11,663 nucleotides of DNA, taken from Thermotogota bacterium (GTDB lineage: Bacteria; Thermotogota; Thermotogae; Petrotogales; Kosmotogaceae). Location: contig JAYEJL010000097.1 in assembly GCA_034660555.1 (NCBI GenBank), forward strand, positions 1 to 11,663, read 5' to 3'. The first letter of the stretch is position 1. Each line of letters starts with the position of its first letter. The notes beneath the pieces are model-generated. The model had not been told where the DNA came from. It was given only the letters and a program-made list of their open reading frames with translations, and did no database searches. Below are positions 1 to 7,783 of this stretch, piece by piece. Made by a program: the position numbers and the translations under genes.

Positions 1-114
1 GGGACAGGTCTCTTCGACGGTGTCTCTCTTTGCATGAAGCTCTATTGTCTCTTCTCCAACAACAGCCTTGATAAGTACCAAATCTGAATCAAGTGTTTTC
101 AGTAACTCTTCCAT
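1..114 (-). CDS. ISL3-family transposase, N-terminal part (runs off the left edge)
   Basis: Not in the ORF track. ATG at 114 (CAT 112-114) with AGGAGG RBS at 126-131. Manual translation MEELLKTLDSDLVLIKAVVGEETIELHAKRDTVEETCP is open to the window edge and ends at the CP that typically begins the ISL3 N-terminal zinc finger (CPxCG). Confidence 0.7.
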   Translation of the reverse strand, partial: MEELLKTLDSDLVLIKAVVGEETIELHAKRDTVEETCP

Positions 115-198
115 TTGCTGAATCCCCTCCTTGATCAAATAAAAATACCTTAATTGTACTCCTTTTTGTTAAGGTTTCAGCATCGTTGCGGAAGAACC
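1..198 (-). mobile_element. Left end of an ISL3-like insertion sequence
   Basis: The minus strand from 198 reads GGTTCTTCCGCAACGATG, matching the GGYTCT-type terminus of ISL3 elements. It lies 84 nt upstream of the transposase ATG and coincides with the abrupt end of the neighbouring gene. The other end is outside the window. Confidence 0.65.
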
Positions 199-772
199 AG
201 TATATGATAGTCATTCACAGTTATTTCTCCCAACCATCCAATATCAAAGGGTTTAAATACCTCACAACTTTCTTCAGAAATGTTAATTTTAACTATATTA
301 CTGTTTCCATCTTCAGACAGTAAAAAAGTATTATCATCTAAGAAAATTCCTGATATGTATTGCAAATGATTGTCAGAAATTTCTGTGAATTTAATCTTTT
401 TGATGAATTTGCCTTCGTAATCGTAAAAATCAACATCATCTGTATCATTGTGAACCGATGCGATCTTTCCATATCCTGCAAAAATATATCCTTTTAGTGA
501 ATCAAATGTCCAAACAAGTTCAAATTCACCTGAGGAGTAGTTGTAAGCTTCGGTCAGAGTAAATAGCAATTTCGATGCATCATCGGTGCAGAATTCATGT
601 GCTTCTATACCTGTTAAGGCAGTTCCCTCTTCTGTCATTTTGATGATAGTTCTGTTTTCAAGTGTAAGAAAGAACTTTTCTTCAACAAAATTTTTTGAAC
701 TAAAAGCACCTGTTGAAAGGCTCAAAATTAAAAGATAGTAATGGTAATTAATAAAACTTTCTTTTTGTTCAT
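177..772 (-). pseudogene. Exported protein (possible beta-propeller), frameshifted in the signal peptide and truncated by the IS
   Basis: GGAGGT RBS (779-784) precedes ATG 772, giving MNKKKVLLITITIF*. One extra T in the T4 run (730-733) restores MNKKKVLLITITIFLILSLSTGAFS..., a typical signal peptide, in frame with the 177..857 track ORF. The final residues VLPQRC* are read from IS sequence. The fold guess rests only on short beta-strand/turn patterns. Confidence 0.7.
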
Positions 773-999
773 ATAAATACCTCCAATTTAGTTTTTTGCC
801 ATGAAGAGAATTTAAACTTATAACAATAACTATTGTGTAATTAGCAAAATTACTCATTAATTATACGTCTGATTACAAAATATCCCTATACTTTAACAGC
901 CATCATACTTATTGAACCCTACCAATTCTTAATTGAGTTATAATAGAATACAGATAAGTATTTGCAGACAAAAGCAACTAAATTCGAAAGGATGATAAG

Positions 1000-2094
1000 A
1001 TGATCATTAAGAATGTTTTGATTGTTGATCCCGTTAAAGGAAGCTTTACTGGTGATGCTCATATAGAAAACAATATAATCTCCAGAGTAGATAGAAAAGA
1101 GGTTGACCCAGATTACATTTTGATGCCGGGTTTTGTAGATTTACACACGCATGCACAAAAAGGTATAGATACAATGTACGCAAAGCAAGAAGATTACGTT
1201 CAGTGGGCAAAGAATAATTTCGAGGAGGGCGTGACAACATTCCTTCCAACTACGGTTTCAACATCACTTGATAACATCGAAGTAATAATCGAGACGATTA
1301 AAGAGTTACCTCTGTCCATAGCCGGACTGCATCTTGAAGGACCTTTCGTTAATCCTATAAAGAAAGGTGCTCAAAACGAGAAATATATCTTCCCTTCCGA
1401 AGGTCATGACCTGAGCAGACTATTGAAAGAACCAGTGAAGTTAATTACGGCAGCTCCAGAGGTAAAAGGGTTTAATACCCTTTACAAAGAATGTAACAAA
1501 AAAGGAATTATTCTTTCTTTAGGTCATTCAGCAGGTGATTATGTGGAATTCAAAAAGGCCTATGACCTGGGCGTTAGAAAAATAACTCATTTCCCAAATG
1601 CTCTTACACAATTACATCATAGAGAAATTGGCGGTACTGGATCTGCTTTATATCTTGATTTTGATATCGAGATGATTGTAGATGGTATCCACACTGTGCC
1701 CGAATTTGTCGACCTTACTTACAGATTCAAAGGAGCTGACAAGATTTATCTAATTACAGATTCTATGGCTGCTGCAAGCATGCCAGAGGGACAATATGAA
1801 CTGGGAGGACTAGAAGTTACTGTAAAGGGCAACAAGGCAACACTAAAAGATGGCTCCATAGCTGGAAGCACTCTTTTGTTCAAAAATGCTGTGAAGAATT
1901 TTGCAACATTTACCAACTGCAGCCTTCAGGAACTTGCTAAAGTGTCCTCCTACAATTCGCTTAAGAGTCTGGGTATGATTGATGAAGTTGGACTCATAGA
2001 AGAAGGATATATAGCGAATCTTGTTTTACTTGACGGTAACTACAATCTTAAACAAACAATATTCGAAGGTAACATTGTTTACTCAGAAATATAA
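1000..2094 (+). CDS. nagA: N-acetylglucosamine-6-phosphate deacetylase
   Basis: 364 aa with amidohydrolase motifs PGFVDLHTH, HLEGPF, GH, THFPNA, DGIH, LITDSM and AGS. AAGGA RBS at 988-992. Confidence 0.95.
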   Translation: MIIKNVLIVDPVKGSFTGDAHIENNIISRVDRKEVDPDYILMPGFVDLHTHAQKGIDTMYAKQEDYVQWAKNNFEEGVTTFLPTTVSTSLDNIEVIIETIKELPLSIAGLHLEGPFVNPIKKGAQNEKYIFPSEGHDLSRLLKEPVKLITAAPEVKGFNTLYKECNKKGIILSLGHSAGDYVEFKKAYDLGVRKITHFPNALTQLHHREIGGTGSALYLDFDIEMIVDGIHTVPEFVDLTYRFKGADKIYLITDSMAAASMPEGQYELGGLEVTVKGNKATLKDGSIAGSTLLFKNAVKNFATFTNCSLQELAKVSSYNSLKSLGMIDEVGLIEEGYIANLVLLDGNYNLKQTIFEGNIVYSEI

Positions 2095-2112
2095 TTAATT
2101 TATTGTGTGACA

Positions 2113-2867
2113 TCAATAATGTTTCTTTTCTACAGAATTGAGAAAATCAGTAAGTAAATCAAGATACTTTTCTTTTTCTTCAAGGTGGGGCATATGAGCG
2201 CTGTTATCAAACAGCACCCACTTTGAATCTTTGATTTCCTGTGCCAAAGTGCCTGAGATTACTGGTGTTGATTCATCATAACGTCCATTGAGAATAAGCG
2301 TGGGTACGTCAATTTTCCCCAGTCTGTTTGTGACATCCCAATTTTTCAGAGTGCCATTTACTTCGAATTCACTACTACCCCACATTTTATTGTACACTTC
2401 ATGATTTTTAGAGAATTTTTCCAACGATCTCATCAATGATTCCGGCCATGACTCAAGTCTGCAAACGAATTTCCTGTAGAAAGTCATAATTGCCTTCTCA
2501 TATTCGCTCTGATCTATATCCAATCTTTTTTCATGGTCTCTTATTATTTTTTGATACTCTTCAGGCAACTGATTAATTAATTTACTTGTTTCTTCACCCC
2601 ACAATGGGGCACTGGATAGTGAATCAGCAAGAATCAAACTTTTAATACCTGCAGGTTTCTCCAAAATATATTCAAGTACCAGCATACCGCCCCAGGATTG
2701 TCCAAAAAGATGAAATTCATTAAGCTTTAATTCTTTCCTTAACTCTTTTATTTCTTTTATAAACAAAGAAGAGGATATTTCCCCTGACTGCTTTTACCTA
2801 CTATTTTGCACCATGTTTTAAACCCATCAAATTCTATATAGCCTTCACTTGCGACATTATTGTTCAT
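2113..2867 (-). pseudogene. Proline iminopeptidase / L-amino acid amidase family alpha/beta hydrolase with an internal deletion
   Basis: The C-terminal fragment 2113..2766 has the nucleophile elbow GQSWGG, GRYDES and SAHMPHLEE. The N-terminal fragment 2867..2757 (different frame) reads MNNNVASEGYIEFDGFKTWCKIVGKSSQGKYPLLCL*, ending just before the expected HGGPG motif. The HGGPG and YDQxGxGxS motifs are absent. Confidence 0.88.
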
Positions 2868-2942
2868 TATTTACTTCTTATAAAATGATCAAAAAGACAT
2901 TTTCACGAAAAAGTCCTTAGAATTAATGTTTTGTTATTTCAC

Positions 2943-3336
2943 TTATCTCTGTCCAATTATGTTATCTTCATCATCTGTTATATACGTTCCCTTTGTTGAA
3001 TCAAGCATCACATATTCATTATTCCAGAAATCTTTAACAACTGCGCATTTATCTATATCAATGTCAAAAGGTCCAATGATCACACGACCTCCAGCTTTCT
3101 TTAATATCTTCGATAGCTTTAACGACAGAATCTACCATAAAATCTCCTTTCACTTTTCTAGTTGAACTATGAAGCACAAATTCTGTATTGTCTTCATCCA
3201 TTCCAAAACCTATTGTTCTTTCTGTTTTCCAGACCATCTTTTGCCCCAAAGTTTTCTCATAATACTCCAAACTCTCTTGAAGGTCAGAAACATATAATCT
3301 AATACAATCTACTTTTTTGAACAGAGATTTATTCAC
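2943..3336 (-). pseudogene. VOC/glyoxalase-bleomycin resistance family protein, frameshifted
   Basis: AAGGAG RBS (about 3345-3350) and GTG 3336. The N-terminus KVDCIRLYVSDLQESLEYYEKTLG is VOC-like. Removing one base near 3096-3102 continues as KAGGRVIIGPFDIDIDKCAVVKDFWNNEYVMLDSTKGTYITDDEDNIIGQR* to TAA at 2943-2945. Confidence 0.85.
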
Positions 3337-3759
3337 ATGATCATCTCCTTACCAAATAATTTACCTTATTATTTGCCACGTTTCATTATTCAAACCGAAA
3401 TTTGTCCATATATTTGTCAAATTATTTCTCTACAAAATTTCGTTTCTCTTTTTAGCTAAACTGAATTGCAAAGATCGTCCAATATACAAATTAATGAATT
3501 GACTTACCTTAATAATAAATTTCTTTTTAAGAAGATCATATTTCTATTTTGTCTCTTTTTGCATTTATCCAGGCTTATGAATAAATAGATAATAGAATAT
3601 CCTTTTTTATATTTGATTCGTTCTTATTAATGTACCTGGGTATGGGATTTTTCGTAATGCTTATCATGATTTCCCTTATGTTCTATTTCAAAAAATCTGT
3701 TAACATATCATAAACTATTAGCATAGTTATGTGAAATATTTGCATCTTAGGAGAGTATT

Positions 3760-4656
3760 ATGATTTACTTGATTCTGGCAATTCTTTGCAGTTCATCTAT
3801 TGCACTAATTTTCAAATACAGCGAATCTAAAAATATGAACCGATTTGTAATTACAATGTTTAACTACATTGGAGCCGCAATCACAGCCTTCGTGATGCTG
3901 ATTATCGATTTTCCTGAAACAGGATCGGAGGGTGGATCTTTCACAGAAGTCATCATTAGATCTACAAACCTTTTTAGCAAGAACAGCAGCATTATTTGGG
4001 GAGTAAGCATTGGATTGTTTTCGGGGATACTTTTCTTTCTCGGATTTATTTATTATCAAAAAAGTGTAAAGGAAAATGGAGTTAGCCTTTCAGGAGCCTT
4101 TGGCAAATTGGGAATACTTGTTCCGATGACTCTTGGAATGGTTCTCTGGAAAGAAATTCCCTTACCTCTTCAATGGGTCGGTATAGTTCTGGCTATTGCT
4201 TCCATAGTATTAGTAAACAATCCTTTCAGGTCTAGAACTGACAAAATCAGACTCTCGTTATTGCTTCTGTTCCTATTCAAAGGACTCGCTGAATTCTCCA
4301 ATAAATTATTTCAGAACTATACTGTTACAGGCTACAAGAATATTTTCCTGCTTTGCGTTTTTTCCAGCGCATTTTTAATAAGCTTTGCAGTTTTTAGAAA
4401 AAAAGAAATCAAGCTGAAAAGAGAAGACATCCTTACAGGTTTGATAGTAGGATTACCTAATCTTTTTTCTTCATTTTTCCTTATAATGGCCCTAGAAGGA
4501 ATAAAGAGTTCAGTGGTATTTCCAGTTTTCAGTGCAGGAAGCGTTGTTATTATAGGTCTTGGAGGTTTTTTCATTTTCAGAGAAAAGTTGGAAAGAAAAG
4601 ACATTATTTCACTAATCATGATCTTATTAGCGCTTATACTTATAAACATTAAATGA
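3760..4656 (+). CDS. EamA/DMT-family permease
   Basis: 298 aa with about 10 hydrophobic segments in two repeats ending WKE and FREKL, as in DMT/EamA proteins. AGGAGA RBS at 3749-3754. Confidence 0.85.
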   Translation: MIYLILAILCSSSIALIFKYSESKNMNRFVITMFNYIGAAITAFVMLIIDFPETGSEGGSFTEVIIRSTNLFSKNSSIIWGVSIGLFSGILFFLGFIYYQKSVKENGVSLSGAFGKLGILVPMTLGMVLWKEIPLPLQWVGIVLAIASIVLVNNPFRSRTDKIRLSLLLLFLFKGLAEFSNKLFQNYTVTGYKNIFLLCVFSSAFLISFAVFRKKEIKLKREDILTGLIVGLPNLFSSFFLIMALEGIKSSVVFPVFSAGSVVIIGLGGFFIFREKLERKDIISLIMILLALILINIK

Positions 4657-4670
4657 GGTGATTATAAACA

Positions 4671-5637
4671 ATGCTTTATAAAGTAGCTAAAACCTTTGTA
4701 AGTGATATGGAATCATTTATTGAGCTTGAAGAAGGTGAAAGGGTTATCCCATAGAAACTATATAAATGAATGTCTATAAAGGAGAAAACGTTAACGGTAT
4801 CAAAAGGCTAAATGGCTGGATATGGTGCATAAAAGAAAATGGTAACGAAGGCTGGATACCGGAGGAAAATCTCGATCTTATAGATCACGATTTCGAGGAA
4901 CTCTACAATGAGGGAATAAAGGCGCAATTCAAAGGATGGGATTTTACTTATCTTGATAACCGCATGATAACCATTGAAGAAATACCCTGGAATTACAGGG
5001 ATATTGTAAAAAAATACCTTGCAAAGTCATCCTGCTTGCTTGATATGGGTACCGGGGTGGAGAATTTCTCGCTTCACTAGAGTAACTTCCCAAAAAGACT
5101 TTCGCTACAGAATCTTACAAACCCAATATTCCTATTGCCAGAAAAAGGCTTGAACCTCTTGGCATTAGAGTGAAGGAATTCCAAAATGATGCGCATTTAC
5201 CCTTTAAAAATGACTCTTTCGATCTTGTTATAAACAGACACGATTCATACCACCCAGAAGAACTCATGAGAATTATGAAAAATGGAGGTATTTTCGTTAC
5301 TCAGCAAGCAGGAGAACTGAACAATGTTGAGTTAAATCATTACTTTGACGATCACTCCAGAGATCAAAATAATTGGTGTCTTGAAAATGCAATCACTTAA
5401 CTAAAAAAGGAAAACTTTGAAATACTGATAAAAAAAGAAGCTTTTCTTAAAACATTGTTTACGGACATAGCAGCAGTTGTTTATTATTTAAAGGTAATTG
5501 AATGGCAGATTCCCGGACTCGAACTTGATAATCCCGTCGTAAAAAGCAAGCTTGAGAAACTTCATGAGATCATTATTGAAAAAGATTCATTTAGAACCAC
5601 ACAGCACAGGTTTATGATAATTGGTAAAAAACCATAG
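4671..5637 (+). pseudogene. SH3-like domain fused to a class I SAM-dependent methyltransferase, multiply disrupted
   Basis: GAGGTG RBS then ATG 4671: MLYKVAKTFVSDMESFIELEEGERVIP*. After a frame break and TAA 4763-4765 it continues GWIWCIKENGNEGWIPEENL (SH3-like), then FKGWDFTYL...PWNY...LLDMGTG. One extra G at the G4 run 5054-5057 restores DMGTGGGEFL. In-frame TAA codons at 5083-5085 and 5398-5400 separate the track ORFs 5170..5400 and 5455..5637, which share one frame. Confidence 0.85.
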
Positions 5638-5654
5638 AATGGAAGGTCGGAAAA

Positions 5655-6341
5655 ATGAAAAACGAAGATATTGTGAATTACAACAGAAAAGCCTGGAACA
5701 AATACGTAGATGAAAAAATTACATGGTCAATACCCGTTAGTCACGAAATTGTTGAAGAAGCAAAGAAGGGCAATTGGAATATCGTACTTACTCCAATTAA
5801 AACCGTCCCTAAAGAACGGATGGGTAGGGTTAAGGGTAAAAGGATTCTATGTCTTGCTTCAGGTGGTGGCCAACAGGGGCCAATACTGGCTGCAGCAGGT
5901 GCTAACGTGACTGTTTTTGACAACTCTCCAAAACAACTAAAACAGGATAAGCTGGTAGCAAAGAACGAAGGTTTGCGTATAAATACAGTGCTGGGAGATA
6001 TGAGAGAACTTTCAGCTTTTGAGAATCAGTACTTTGACCTTATTATACATCCCGTTTCAAATTGTTTTGTTCCTGAACTTGAACCTGTATGGAAGGAATC
6101 ATACAGAGTATTGAAACTTGGAGGATCCTTGTTATCCGGTTTTTCAAAACCGGAGATGTATTTATTTACAGATGAAGATATAGAAAAGGGCAAACTTATC
6201 GTTAAAAATAAGCTTCCATATTGTACACTGGAGGAAACAAAAGGCGACATGGAAAGTTATTCAAAAACGGGCAACACCATTGAGTACAGTCATACATTGG
6301 AAAAATTATATCCGACGAAGATGGCGACTTTGTTGTACTAA
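5655..6341 (+). pseudogene. Class I SAM-dependent methyltransferase, 3'-truncated at about 6300
   Basis: Motifs ILCLASGGGQQGPILAAAGA, VFDNSPKQL, GDMRELS, FDLIIHPVSNCF and RVLKLGGSL. It ends EYSHTLE followed by unrelated residues KLYPTKMATLLY*. As I recall the family, it continues HTLE..IGGQ..AGF for a few dozen more residues. Confidence 0.72.
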
Positions 6342-6514
6342 CAACAATAACAGTCGATGGTGAAGAAATTATAATAAGGGATGCTGATGGTTTTGGTTTC
6401 AAAGGAAACGGCCCTGCTAATAAGACCCGGCATTCAGGTAACAGGCGCGGTGGTTTTGACACAAAGGATAACAGAAACATGAGACAGACAAACGATAACA
6501 GACGCTGCTGGTAA
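6296..6514 (+). pseudogene. Orphan 3' end of an unrelated gene
   Basis: Stop-free frame from 6284 to TAA 6512-6514 with no usable start or RBS: IGKIISDEDGDFVVLTTITVDGEEIIIRDADGFGFKGNGPANKTRHSGNRRGGFDTKDNRNMRQTNDNRRCW*. It is followed directly by a terminator. Confidence 0.65.
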
Positions 6515-6543
6515 TTATAAACTGAACTTAAATACAGTTATCT

Positions 6544-6573
6544 GCGGGAGCTTATTAGGGCTCCCGTTTTTTT
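6544..6573 (+). terminator. Rho-independent terminator
   Basis: CGGGAGC-ttattagg-GCTCCCG stem-loop followed by T7. Confidence 0.9.
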
Positions 6574-6589
6574 GTTTAATATGCAACAA

Positions 6590-6598
6590 TGCTATAAT
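6590..6598 (+). promoter_or_regulatory. Extended -10 promoter element for the MtaA-like gene
   Basis: TGCTATAAT (TGn-TATAAT) just after the terminator and about 45-70 nt before the gene start. Confidence 0.55.
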
Positions 6599-6640
6599 TT
6601 CAGTGTTTTACATTATTTGCTGTGTTTAAATTAAGCTTAA

Positions 6641-7672
6641 ATGAATCATAGGAGAGTGATCATCATTAATCCAAACACAAGGGTACTGAACCGTTTAATG
6701 GGAAATAGTGTAGATAAGCCACCTAATTTGAATATTATTATGGCATTTGCAGCTAAATATATTGGAGTAAATTACAAAAAGTATGTAACTGATTATAGAT
6801 ATCTTGTGGATGGAAACATAAGATGCTGCGAAGATTTTGGAATAGATATGGTAAGTGCTATTTCAGATCCTGTAAGGGAAACCTACGATCTTGGAGCAAA
6901 CGTTACTCTTCCTGAGGATGATGTTCCTTATTGCGCTGATCCTATTCTTAAAGATTACTCAGAACTTAGAGAACTTGAAGTTGTTAAACCAGAAAATGGT
7001 AAAAGAATGAATGACAGATTAAAGGCGATTAGACTGTATAAAGAAAAAGTAGTCGATTATTATCCTGTTCTTGGATGGATAGAAGGTCCCATGGCTCTGG
7101 CCAGTAATCTTAGGGGAGTCATCAAAGTTATGGAAGATTTCTATGAAGCTCCTGATTTATTGAGTAATTTACTTGAATTCTGCTACAGGCAACAGGTCTT
7201 GTTTGCAAAAGCCCAGGTAAATGCAGGAGCAGATTTCATAGGAATAGGAGATGCTGTTTGTTCTTTAATAGGACCCAACCGTTACAAAAAATACGCGTTA
7301 CCCTGGGAAAAGAAAATTATAGAAGAAGTACATGATCTAGGGGCTAAGGTAAAACTACATATTTGCGGTGATGTAACACCTTTACTTGAACACCTGCCCG
7401 AAACTAAAGCAGATATTATCGACGTTGACTGGATGGTAAACTTCAAAGATGCTGCTGAAGTATTTAATGGTAAATGTTCTCTGTGTGGAAACTTTGACCC
7501 CGTTAGGGTTCTGCGAAATGGAACTCCTGATCAAATTAGATTAGCAACAAAAGAATGTGTGAAAATGGGGGATGCAACAACCTTCATAGCTGCAGGATGC
7601 GAAGTACCAAAAGAAACACCTGAAGAAAACCTTTTAGCTGTTAAAGATGCATTAGAAGAATTAAAATCATAA
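6641..7672 (+). CDS. Uroporphyrinogen decarboxylase-fold protein, MtaA/CmuA-like methylcobamide methyltransferase
   Basis: 343 aa with GWIEGP, AQVNAGADFIGIGDA, the Zn-ligand motif LHICG, LCGNFDP and a C-terminal AAGCEVP Cys. The start is uncertain (ATG 6641, GTG 6656 or ATT 6665). Confidence 0.88.
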   Translation: MNHRRVIIINPNTRVLNRLMGNSVDKPPNLNIIMAFAAKYIGVNYKKYVTDYRYLVDGNIRCCEDFGIDMVSAISDPVRETYDLGANVTLPEDDVPYCADPILKDYSELRELEVVKPENGKRMNDRLKAIRLYKEKVVDYYPVLGWIEGPMALASNLRGVIKVMEDFYEAPDLLSNLLEFCYRQQVLFAKAQVNAGADFIGIGDAVCSLIGPNRYKKYALPWEKKIIEEVHDLGAKVKLHICGDVTPLLEHLPETKADIIDVDWMVNFKDAAEVFNGKCSLCGNFDPVRVLRNGTPDQIRLATKECVKMGDATTFIAAGCEVPKETPEENLLAVKDALEELKS

Positions 7673-7783
7673 TTTTCATTATCACGCTTTCCTATTTCAT
7701 GGACTCTCACCAATCCTTAACTATAGGGTTTTCAGATAATATAATAAGTACATAATTTATGTTTAAGAGGGGAGTGGGTCGGG

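Noticed and set aside
773..857. Track start at 857 for the 226-aa ORF
   Set aside because: No RBS there. A strong RBS with ATG 772 and a signal peptide fits better.
912..944. nagA promoter TTGAAC...TATAAT and CAATT-ctt-AATTG palindrome (923-935)
   Set aside because: The TATAAT at 939-944 is plausible, but the -35 spacing is 21 nt and a 5-bp palindrome is expected by chance in AT-rich DNA.
2926..3165. 79-aa plus-strand ORF
   Set aside because: Antisense shadow of the frameshifted VOC C-terminal half.
4763..5400. Three in-frame TAA codons in one gene, suggesting stop-codon reassignment or readthrough
   Set aside because: TAA terminates intact genes here (nagA, MtaA-like, DUF2207), and the same gene also has frameshifts, so decay explains it.
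6202..6480. 92-aa minus-strand ORF
   Set aside because: Antisense shadow of the orphan plus-strand frame; the terminator orientation favours the plus strand.
2095..6540. Integron-like or other cassette array of small accessory genes
   Set aside because: By eye I found no repeated attC-like or dif-like boundary sequence and no integrase, and orientations are mixed. An IntegronFinder run or self dot-plot would settle it.
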